Made by a program: the position numbers and the translations under genes. Under the pieces are notes generated by a model that saw only the letters and a list, made by a program, of their open reading frames with translations, was not told the DNA's origin and did no database searches. Of a stretch of DNA of 64,000 bases, positions 56,551 to 64,000 are shown in pieces (the stretch's first letter is position 1; every line of letters starts with the position of its first letter). This DNA comes from Gemmatimonadales bacterium (lineage in GTDB: Bacteria; Gemmatimonadota; Gemmatimonadetes; Gemmatimonadales; GWC2-71-9): positions 43,049 to 107,048 of the forward strand of contig DASWII010000035.1 of assembly GCA_036397755.1 (NCBI GenBank), in the 5' to 3' direction.

Positions 56551-59049
56551 CTACAGCGTCATCTCCCGTTGGTCACGCCCCTCCGCCACAACCTCGGCGT
56601 CGGTTCCTTCCACCGTGTCATCACTGATGACGCGCGCAACGTCAACGAGCGTATCGCCGGAGTCGAGATTCATGACCCTCACACCCTGAGTGTTGCGTCC
56701 GATCACGCGTATGCCGGACGCGGGGACCCGGATGATGACACCGTGGCGGGTAACCATCATCAATTCGTCGTCCTGGAGAACTTCCTTGAGCGCGACCACC
56801 GCACCCGTCTTCTCGCTCTGCCGGACCGTGATAATGCCCTTCCCGCCCCGCCGCTGCACGCGATAGTCCGCAATGGAGGAGCGCTTCCCCAAACCTTTCT
56901 CCGTGACGACGAGCAACGTCGCGTCTCGGCGGATGACCACCATGCCGATCACCCGATCGGCCGTGGCAAGCTGGATACCACGTACCCCGGACGTCGCGCG
57001 TCCCATTTCGCGCGCGTCCTTTTCGCTGAACCGGATGCTCATGCCGTTACGAGTGGCCAGTACGATGTCGTTGGTACCGTCCGTCACCTGCACGTCGATC
57101 AACTCGTCACCGTCATCCACGTTGATGGCATTGATACCCGAGGAGCGTGGGTTCCCGTACGCCGAGAGAACCGTCTTCTTTACCATGCCCTTGGCGGTCG
57201 CGAACATCAGATACTGGGTGTCGCCGAACTCCCGCACGGAGACGAACGCAGCTATGCGCTGCTCCCCGCTGATCTGAATCAGATTAACGATCGGCCTACC
57301 CCGAGCCGCGCGACCACCCTGCGGGATGTCATACACTTTCAACCAATAGACCTGACCACGGTCGGTGAAGAACAGCACGTACTCGTGGGTCGATGCGATG
57401 AAGAGATGCTCGACCCAGTCGTCGTCGCGTGTTCCCATGCCGTTGAGCCCGCGCCCACCTCGTCGTTGGCGCCGGTAGGTGGTCACCGGTATGCGCTTGA
57501 TGTATCCCGCATGCGAGATCGTGACCACCATATCCTCTTCGGCGATCAGATCCTCGACGGAGAAGTCGCCCTCATCGGCGACGATTTCGCTCCGCCGCCG
57601 ATCCCCAAAACGCCCGGCAAGCTCCGCTAGCTCGTCCGTGAGCACCCGCATCCGCTTCGGGCGAGAGCCCAGGAGCGCCTTCAACGACGTGATGAGTGTA
57701 CGGACCTCGCCAAGCTCTTCTTCCAGTTTGCCGATCTCCAGAGACGTGAGCCGGGCGAGGCGCATGTTGAGGATCGCTTCGCTCTGCTTTTCGGACAGAT
57801 CGAACCGCGCACGAAGCGCGGCATCTGCGTCCGGAACGTCTTTCGCCTTCCGGATGATCCGCACAACCTCGTCGATGTTGTCGACGGCGATCTTGAGACC
57901 CTCGAGAATGTGCTCGCGGGCCAACGACTGATCCAGCTCGTATTGCGTCCGGCGGGTGATGACGTCGTGACGATGCTCGATGAAATGCTCGAGCAGCTCC
58001 TTGAGCGACATCACACGCGGCTGACCGTTCGCCAGCGCCAGCATGATGGCACCGAACGTGGTCTGCATCTGGGTCCGTTTGTACAGCTGATTGAGGACGA
58101 CCGTGGGATTCGCGTCTCGCTTCAGTTCGATCACGATCCGCATCCCGTCGCGATCCGACTCGTCGCGCATGTCGGAGATGTCCGTGATCTTCTTTTCGTG
58201 CACGAGACCAGCGATCTGCTCGATCAGGCGCGACTTATTGACTTGGAATGGAATCTCCGTGACCACGATCTGTTCCCTGCCCGACGATTCCCTTTCCTCG
58301 ACCTGCGCCCGCGCCCGCATCACGATCCGCCCCCGGCCGGTTTCGTAGCACTCCTTGAGGCCCTCGGTGCCGTAGATGAACCCGCCGGTCGGAAAGTCAG
58401 GACCGGTGATATGCTGGCGGAGATCATCCACGCTGCAATCCGGATGCTCCACCAGGTGTTTTACCGCCGCGGCGACTTCGCCGAGATTGTGTGGGGGAAT
58501 GTTCGTTGCCATGCCGACCGCGATGCCCGACGATCCGTTGACCAGGAGATTGGGGAGCTTGCCGGGCAGAACCGTGGGCTCTTCCAGCCGATCGTCGAAG
58601 TTCGGAGTGAACTCCACGGTGCCCTTGTCGATGTCCTCCAACATCGTGACCGCGAGCGCCGTGAGCCGCGCCTCGGTGTATCGATAGGCCGCCGCGCTGT
58701 CGCCATCGACCGACCCGAAGTTCCCCTGTCCGTCCACCAGCGGGTACCGCAACGAGAATGTCTGGACCATGCGCACCAGAGAGTCGTAGACCGCGGTGTC
58801 CCCATGTGGGTGGTACTTGCCCAGCACGTCGCCCACCACGGTCGCACTCTTCTTGTACGGTCGACCCGGCTGAAGCCCGAGCTCGTTCATCGCATAGAGA
58901 ATGCGACGGTGGACCGGCTTGAGACCGTCTCGCACGTCGGGCAGTGCGCGCTGCACGATCACGCTCATTGAATAGTCGATGAACGACTCGCGCATTTCGT
59001 CTTCGATGAGCCTGGGGAGGATTCGCTCCCGCTGATTCGGTGCCGACAT
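56551..59049 (-). CDS. gyrA: DNA gyrase subunit A
   Basis: Start at ATG 59049 ([49 protein letters not shown]). Active-site [10 protein letters not shown] and C-terminal beta-pinwheel repeats. Confidence 0.95.
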   Translation of the reverse strand: MSAPNQRERILPRLIEDEMRESFIDYSMSVIVQRALPDVRDGLKPVHRRILYAMNELGLQPGRPYKKSATVVGDVLGKYHPHGDTAVYDSLVRMVQTFSLRYPLVDGQGNFGSVDGDSAAAYRYTEARLTALAVTMLEDIDKGTVEFTPNFDDRLEEPTVLPGKLPNLLVNGSSGIAVGMATNIPPHNLGEVAAAVKHLVEHPDCSVDDLRQHITGPDFPTGGFIYGTEGLKECYETGRGRIVMRARAQVEERESSGREQIVVTEIPFQVNKSRLIEQIAGLVHEKKITDISDMRDESDRDGMRIVIELKRDANPTVVLNQLYKRTQMQTTFGAIMLALANGQPRVMSLKELLEHFIEHRHDVITRRTQYELDQSLAREHILEGLKIAVDNIDEVVRIIRKAKDVPDADAALRARFDLSEKQSEAILNMRLARLTSLEIGKLEEELGEVRTLITSLKALLGSRPKRMRVLTDELAELAGRFGDRRRSEIVADEGDFSVEDLIAEEDMVVTISHAGYIKRIPVTTYRRQRRGGRGLNGMGTRDDDWVEHLFIASTHEYVLFFTDRGQVYWLKVYDIPQGGRAARGRPIVNLIQISGEQRIAAFVSVREFGDTQYLMFATAKGMVKKTVLSAYGNPRSSGINAINVDDGDELIDVQVTDGTNDIVLATRNGMSIRFSEKDAREMGRATSGVRGIQLATADRVIGMVVIRRDATLLVVTEKGLGKRSSIADYRVQRRGGKGIITVRQSEKTGAVVALKEVLQDDELMMVTRHGVIIRVPASGIRVIGRNTQGVRVMNLDSGDTLVDVARVISDDTVEGTDAEVVAEGRDQREMTL

Positions 59050-59061
59050 GGTGCTCCCTGG

Positions 59062-59091
59062 AAAACGAAAAATGGGGTCGGATTCGACCCC
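59062..59091 (-). terminator. intrinsic-terminator-like hairpin + U-tract inside the gyrA leader
   Basis: Minus-strand GGGGUCG-AAUC-CGACCCC followed by AUUUUUCGUUUU. It ends 12 nt before the gyrA ATG. Confidence 0.4.
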
Positions 59092-59106
59092 GTCGGAGGT
59101 CCCTGT

Positions 59107-59135
59107 AATATACCCCGATCGAAGACGCCAATCAA
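59107..59135 (-). promoter_or_regulatory. putative sigma-70 promoter of gyrA
   Basis: Minus-strand TTGATT - 17 nt - TATATT, about 58 nt upstream of the ATG. Confidence 0.35.
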
Positions 59136-59318
59136 CTCGGCGGAACATTCCTAACCGGTTGATTGGCAATCACTTAGAGTTGACCGCAGTCACCATGACC
59201 GCGGGTGGGTCCGCAGGAGGTCGTCGGTCGTTTTGCAACCATCCCGAATCCCGGAGCATCTAAGCCAGTGAGATGGTAACCGGGCTCCCGCAGGGGCCGC
59301 GCAAAGAGGTGACGTTCA

Positions 59319-59549
59319 ATGACCGCTCGACCGCTCGCAGTGCACGGGATCGACACCACGGGGCAGCGCGCCGTTCACCCACCTGTGTTTGACCGAGTCG
59401 TGCGGTCCGCTGCCGGCGCACGACTCATCCGTACGCGCCGGGGGCTCGCGCTGTTCGATGATGTCGGGCGGTTCGTTGGGATCGTGCGCCGCCCAGATCC
59501 AGGCGCGCGCTTCGGTCCCGCTGGCTCCACGGTGTTGCTACATCGCTGA
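59319..59549 (+). CDS. hypothetical small protein (76 aa)
   Basis: AAAGAGGTGA SD 6 nt before the ATG and high third-position GC. I recognise no family. The 3' end overlaps the convergent dehydrogenase stop. Confidence 0.35.
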   Translation: MTARPLAVHGIDTTGQRAVHPPVFDRVVRSAAGARLIRTRRGLALFDDVGRFVGIVRRPDPGARFGPAGSTVLLHR

Positions 59550-60614
59550 GGACTGAGCCTCCGCGTGGATGGCGATCGCGATCTTCCCCATCTGGTCGCC
59601 GCTCGCGAGTCGCGCGACGGCTTCCACGCTGCGCTCCAGGGAAAACACCGAGTCGATCGCAGGGCGCAGGCGGTCCTCCGCGAGTAGCCGGACCGCCTCG
59701 TCGAAGTCTTCCCGTCCCCCCATCGTCGACCCCAGGATGTCCCACTGGTACCAGAACAGTCGCCGGACATCGATCGTCACTGTCGGTCCGGTCGTCGCGC
59801 CACACGTCACGAGACGCCCACCGCGACTGAGTGCCCGCAGCGACCGGTCCCACGTTGCCTCCCCGACGTTCTCCACCACCACATCGACCCCGCGACGGCC
59901 CGTGATCTCGCGCACCCTCGCCACCACGTCCTCGGTCGCGTGATTGATCGTGTGGTCGGCCCCCCACGACTCCGCCACACGGAGCTTGGCATCGCTCGAC
60001 GACGTGACGACGACGGTGGCGCCCATGAGCTTGGCAATCTTCAGCGCCATGCCTGAGACCCCGCCGCCAACGCCCCAGACGAGGACGGTCTCGCCCGCCC
60101 GCACCTTTGCGCGGTGGGCCAGCATCCGCCAGGCGGTGAGACCAACCAGTCCGTAGGAACCCGCCTCGACCCACGAGAGGGGTGGGTGCCCCTCCGGGAT
60201 GAACGGAATCGGTACGGCGTTCGCAGCGGGCACGACAATCTGCTCCGCCGCGGTCCCGTTGACATGCTCTCCCAACAACCTGTATGAGCGGCAGAGCGGG
60301 TCCTTCCCTGCGGCGCAGTACTCGCAGCGCGCACAGGACAGACCCGGGTTGAGCAACACCCGATCACCAACCGTGAGAGACTCGACGCCACTTCCGACCT
60401 CTTCCACCACGCCGGCACCATCCCCGCCCAGGGTGTGCGGAAACCGGAGCGAGACTCCAGGAAGTCCTTTGAGCGTCCAGAGATCCAGGTGATTCAGCGC
60501 CGCCGAATAGACCCGCACCCGCACATGGTCGGGTTGCTGCACGACCGGCTGCTCCACCTCGGAGACTTCGAGCTGAGAGAGGTCACCATGACCGGTGAGG
60601 ACGAGAGCCCGCAT
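59538..60614 (-). CDS. zinc-type medium-chain dehydrogenase/reductase (alcohol dehydrogenase / quinone oxidoreductase family)
   Basis: MRALVL..., GGDGAGVVEEVG, CxxCxxC (CARCEYC) structural-zinc region and VWGVGGGVSG cofactor motif. Confidence 0.85.
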   Translation of the reverse strand: MRALVLTGHGDLSQLEVSEVEQPVVQQPDHVRVRVYSAALNHLDLWTLKGLPGVSLRFPHTLGGDGAGVVEEVGSGVESLTVGDRVLLNPGLSCARCEYCAAGKDPLCRSYRLLGEHVNGTAAEQIVVPAANAVPIPFIPEGHPPLSWVEAGSYGLVGLTAWRMLAHRAKVRAGETVLVWGVGGGVSGMALKIAKLMGATVVVTSSSDAKLRVAESWGADHTINHATEDVVARVREITGRRGVDVVVENVGEATWDRSLRALSRGGRLVTCGATTGPTVTIDVRRLFWYQWDILGSTMGGREDFDEAVRLLAEDRLRPAIDSVFSLERSVEAVARLASGDQMGKIAIAIHAEAQSSAM

Positions 60615-60822
60615 CGACCTACTGTCGTGTCCCAGGAGTTCCTTGCAGAAGACGAGTCCCGGCGGACCCCTCCGGTCGCTGGCGTATCGGCGGACTCAAC
60701 GCCCCATCCAGCCGGGATTCGAAGTCTGTTGGCCAGCTGCGACGCCGAGACCGCTGGTCCGCATGCTCCCCTGGGAGCATCCGGGCCTCGGGATCCAGAC
60801 GACGAACTCCGGGGACACGACG

Positions 60823-63030
60823 CTAGCGCCGGAACGCGGGATAGGCCAGCTGGTCGAACTCGTCCGCTGGGCTGATTTCCACCGCCACGCCGTCGATGCC
60901 CTCGGGCGGCAGCACGAATAGCCGCCGTACGTGGTCGCCGCTGGGACCCGCGAGCGACAGGATCACCGCGAGCAAGTCCCCGCCTGGTCGCACGTCGAAC
61001 GCCAGCACCGGGCGCGGCGGTGAAAGGATGCGCTCCTCGCCCTGCCTCAAGCCGAGGCTCACGATCTCGACTTGCTCCGTCAGGTGCCGCCGCTCACCCC
61101 TGAGGAACGCAACGGTCTGTTCGTCGATCCACTTCGGCATGAACTCTTCCAACCGCGACGCGGTGATGTTCCGCTGGTTGGAACCGTCGATGCCCATCAA
61201 ATAGACCTCCGCGTTGCCGTCGCGAAACGACGTCATGGCGATCATCCGCCCGTCGGGCGAGACCGCTGGATGGCGGTTGTCACGATCCCCAGCCGTCAGG
61301 GCCGTCGCATTGGCCCCGGTGACATCCACGATCCAAATCTGTGCGCTGCCGCTCAGATCCGACTCGTAGACGAGCCGCTGTCCGTCCGGGGTCCACGCCG
61401 GCAGGTGTTCGGACTCCGGACTGTCCGTCACGCGCTGAAGATTGGAGCCGTCCGCATCCGCGACGAAGAGATCGAATTGACCGCCACGATCGGAAGCGAA
61501 CGCGAACCGCGTACCGTCGGGCGAGTACGCCGCCTCCAACTCGGCTGAAGTCTCCGCCGTTAACCGACCAGCGATGCCGGGCGCGCTCAGGCTCGCGGCA
61601 AAGACATCCGCGGATCCCGTACGCATGGACGTGAACATCAAGTCGCCCACGACGAAGACGGGGACGGTATCGCCACGACCCCAAGCGGAGCCCGCGATCA
61701 ATTGTGTCCCGCCAAACTCCACTCCTTGAATGGTGCCGTCACCGCTGACCCCCAGCACGGCGGCGTTCGCCGTGGACCATTGCAGCCCCTCGGCGGGCGC
61801 CACGCGTTCTCCGACGTCGTTGGTGAACCAGGCGCGCACCTGCCGACTGGATCCGAACGAAAGGGCGATCCGGCGATCCTCGATCATGACCCGGGCGGGA
61901 ACGACATTGAGCGTCCACGATCGGACTGTCTCCGAGCGATAGCGCGCCTCGAGCGTGGTGACACCCACCTTCAGCCCCCGCGCAACCGAATCTGTCGCCT
62001 GATAGGACGCCACCGTGGGGTCTCCCACGATCCACGTGATCGGCGCATCCGGAATCGGGGTGTCGTCCGCCGCCACCGGTACCACGCGGAACCCCGCGGT
62101 CCCACCCACCGGCAGCAAGATCGTGTCGCCACCGATCGCCGCCACCGTGAACCCATCCACCTCCTGGTGTACGCGCACTTCGACCGACGCCTCCTGGCCG
62201 AACCCGAAGCCGGTGACGTTGGTCCGCCCCGCACTAATGGCGGTGACGACTCCACCCGCCGAGACCGTCACGACGTCTCGATTGGCGGAACTCCACGACA
62301 CCCACTTGGGGTCAAGCAACCGATTCCCCTGCCTCGGGACACGCAGTTCCAGGGTGTCCGACTCCGCCGGCGCCAGGGACACCACGGGCACGCCGAAGCT
62401 CCACGGAACCACCCCCACCTGGACCTGCACCCGCTGTCGCAGGCCGCTCTCGGACGTCGCCTCAACCAGGCCCGTCCCTTCCTGAATCCCCACTAACATG
62501 CCCGACTGATCGATGCTCGCGACGTCAGGGCGGAACGAGTGCCACGACAAAGGAACCGGAGCGGCAGGCGTGCCGTCGTCCTTGAGGAACCGCGGCAGGA
62601 GCTGTACGTCCTCGCTCGGGAGCAGCAGCGCGGTCGGGGGCTCAATCTCGATTCGCGTTGGCGTCCCCTCACCAATCGGGCCCGCGTACGTGAACCCCTG
62701 CACCTCCACGCTGATCGTCGCCGTGCGCGAGCCGACGGCAACCTCCACCTGGGCCGACCCGGGGGTGAGACCCACCAGCTTTGCGATGCCGTCAGGTTCA
62801 GCTTCGATCGCGACCACCGCGGGCTGTCGCGAGGTCCAGCGAAACTCCACACCCAGCAGGACGTTGTTCGACCGATCGAGCGCGGTGGCCAGCACCTCGA
62901 AGCGCTGGCCCACGCTTAAGGTCACCTGGTTCGGGTCCACCTGAAGCTGCGCAACCTGCGCCTCGGCATTCGTCGCCATCAACGCCGCACAAAGCCCAGC
63001 CAGCCGGACCGCCTGGAGTACCACCCGCAT
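60823..63030 (-). CDS. secreted protein with multiple Big_2 Ig-like domains and a C-terminal TolB-like (PD40) beta-propeller
   Basis: Start at ATG 63030 (MRVVLQAVRLAGLCAALMATNAEAQ). Repeated Ig-like segments. C-terminal PD40-type repeats (AYSPDGTRFAFASDRGG, AWTPDGQRLVYESD, AVSPDGRMIAMTS). Confidence 0.8.
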   Translation of the reverse strand: MRVVLQAVRLAGLCAALMATNAEAQVAQLQVDPNQVTLSVGQRFEVLATALDRSNNVLLGVEFRWTSRQPAVVAIEAEPDGIAKLVGLTPGSAQVEVAVGSRTATISVEVQGFTYAGPIGEGTPTRIEIEPPTALLLPSEDVQLLPRFLKDDGTPAAPVPLSWHSFRPDVASIDQSGMLVGIQEGTGLVEATSESGLRQRVQVQVGVVPWSFGVPVVSLAPAESDTLELRVPRQGNRLLDPKWVSWSSANRDVVTVSAGGVVTAISAGRTNVTGFGFGQEASVEVRVHQEVDGFTVAAIGGDTILLPVGGTAGFRVVPVAADDTPIPDAPITWIVGDPTVASYQATDSVARGLKVGVTTLEARYRSETVRSWTLNVVPARVMIEDRRIALSFGSSRQVRAWFTNDVGERVAPAEGLQWSTANAAVLGVSGDGTIQGVEFGGTQLIAGSAWGRGDTVPVFVVGDLMFTSMRTGSADVFAASLSAPGIAGRLTAETSAELEAAYSPDGTRFAFASDRGGQFDLFVADADGSNLQRVTDSPESEHLPAWTPDGQRLVYESDLSGSAQIWIVDVTGANATALTAGDRDNRHPAVSPDGRMIAMTSFRDGNAEVYLMGIDGSNQRNITASRLEEFMPKWIDEQTVAFLRGERRHLTEQVEIVSLGLRQGEERILSPPRPVLAFDVRPGGDLLAVILSLAGPSGDHVRRLFVLPPEGIDGVAVEISPADEFDQLAYPAFRR

Positions 63031-63231
63031 CGTCACAAACCGACTCCCTGAGATCGCGTAACTCGCAGTCAGTACAAAAGATATGCGCGAACGTAAGGTT
63101 CGTTCAGCGGCCGTGTCAAGCAAGCCGCCGCTCCCGCCCACCTGTCGCGCGCTCGCGTACCCCTTGCGCCGGCCCGCACCATTCGGAAATCTAAGGGACA
63201 CTGGCGAACCCATAGCGGCAGGGAGGTGTTG

Positions 63232-63561
63232 ATGATCGGCTCCGATCCGTTCGGCGGGCCGGGCGGCCCGGGAATGTGGGACCCGATGCCTGGGGTACCG
63301 CCGCGATCGCCGGCTGAGGAAGTCGACGAGACCAAGTTGATTTGGTCGCGACCACCTCAGGAGGAGTCGCCCGGGGCGGGGGATCGGAGTACGCCAGGCG
63401 CCACGACCCGTCGCGTCAAGAAGGCCGCGTCGAGGCGGGGGAAAGCTGCCCGACCGCGGAGCAGGGCTAAGAAGGCGCCGAAGAAGACGGCGAAGGCCGC
63501 GAAGGGAGGGAAGAAGACCACGAAGAAGGCCACCAAGACGCTGCGCAAGAAGCGTCGTTGA
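63232..63561 (+). CDS. histone-H1-like lysine/alanine-rich basic protein
   Basis: GGGAGG 5 nt before ATG 63232. C-terminal tail KKAASRRGKAARPRSRAKKAPKKTAKAAKGGKKTTKKATKTLRKKRR. Confidence 0.6.
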   Translation: MIGSDPFGGPGGPGMWDPMPGVPPRSPAEEVDETKLIWSRPPQEESPGAGDRSTPGATTRRVKKAASRRGKAARPRSRAKKAPKKTAKAAKGGKKTTKKATKTLRKKRR

Positions 63562-63580
63562 ACGTCGGTCGTGCCGGCCC

Positions 63581-64000
63581 CTAGCCCCGGTCGGTACCGG
63601 CACTCCAGATTTCCAGGCACTCATCACACGACGGGACCGCATGACCCGCCCACACTCGCCAACTGCCCCACCACGGCTCGAAGCCCCGAATCCGGTACGA
63701 ACGGGCAATCTCGAGACGAGTGATACTCAGCGGGCGCTCGCGCGGGCTGTGGAGTGGTTTGCCGGGCGCGAATCCCGCCAGGCCATTCTCGCCCGCCAGC
63801 TCACGGGCCTTCACCGCGCCGAGGACCACGCAGCCGCCGGATTCGCGATTCGCGAGACCCGGCGTCAGACCCGCATGGATGGCAGCGTGGAGGGGTCTCT
63901 CGTGCGCACTGCGTGGGCAACCGGCGAATTGCTCGACCTCGGCTGTCGACCGGATGACGCCCCTGTGGTTCGCACCCTTGGGTTCGTGCTGTCTCGTCAG
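63581..64000 (-). CDS. hypothetical protein, 5' end beyond window
   Basis: Hand translation shows this frame is open from the right window edge to TAG 63581, with high GC3. The track shows only its last 82 aa. No family recognised. Confidence 0.35.
   Translation of the reverse strand: MTRQHEPKGANHRGVIRSTAEVEQFAGCPRSAHERPLHAAIHAGLTPGLANRESGGCVVLGAVKARELAGENGLAGFAPGKPLHSPRERPLSITRLEIARSYRIRGFEPWWGSWRVWAGHAVPSCDECLEIWSAGTDRG

Noticed and set aside
59074-59091. GGATTCGA-containing strings that looked tRNA T-arm-like (also around 60705-60720).
   Set aside because: No acceptor, D or anticodon arms can be folded around them. The first is a simple hairpin in the gyrA leader, and the second has no complementary stem.
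1-64000. Search for CRISPR arrays, IS elements, integrases, phage genes, toxin-antitoxin pairs and known defence-system hallmarks.
   Set aside because: I found no regularly spaced direct repeats, no transposase, integrase or reverse-transcriptase-like translations, and no terminal inverted repeats flanking any block. Composition is uniform apart from the two short AT-rich palindromes.

Overview
High-GC bacterial chromosomal window, roughly two-thirds G+C by eye. It is densely packed, with about 57 protein-coding genes and many 1-4 nt start/stop overlaps. I found no rRNA, tRNA, CRISPR array, transposase or integrase by eye. The gene content (many TAT-signal oxidoreductases, DUF1080, GMC and Gfo/Idh/MocA enzymes, BNR propellers, TolB-like proteins) suggests a soil Gemmatimonadota- or Acidobacteriota-like organism; that assignment is inference only.

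Layout:
- 1-16.9 kb: secreted or periplasmic sugar-oxidoreductase island, a thiol-redox set (peroxiredoxin, TlpA-like thioredoxin, CcdA), tyrA, an M28 peptidase and a NupG-type permease.
- 17.1-26.8 kb: a tight cluster that reads as tryptophan -> kynurenine -> anthranilate -> 2-aminobenzoyl-CoA catabolism.
- 26.9-32.9 kb: DUF1080, GH38 alpha-mannosidase, a BNR-like propeller, an SDR and a cyclophilin.
- 33.0-38.8 kb: SPFH-RHH-hydrolase operon, convergent padR, and an ECF sigma / anti-sigma / PDZ operon.
- 39.1-50 kb: housekeeping genes (leuS, serA, aminotransferase, PRTase, GT2, glycosylasparaginase, Omp85-like, saccharopine dehydrogenase).
- 50-64 kb: TetR plus a Na+ symporter, a co-directional block gyrA / dehydratase / REC-GAF-GGDEF / Ser-Thr kinase / orphan E1-alpha, an MDR dehydrogenase, a Big2+TolB-like protein and a histone-H1-like basic protein.

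Most interesting observations:
1. A secreted peroxiredoxin is split in the ORF track by an in-frame TGA exactly at the catalytic Cys position, with a hairpin just downstream. This is a candidate selenoprotein.
2. The Trp-to-anthraniloyl-CoA cluster lacks a canonical formamidase but carries a creatininase-family gene as its first + strand member.
3. Two AT-rich palindromes stand out from the GC-rich background: a perfect 44 bp one at padR and a 30 bp one at the SPFH operon. They share ATATCG/CGATAT units.
4. A terminator-like hairpin and an inverted-repeat set lie in the short gyrA leader/promoter region.

All functional calls rest on my own reading of motifs in the translations. No database search was run.
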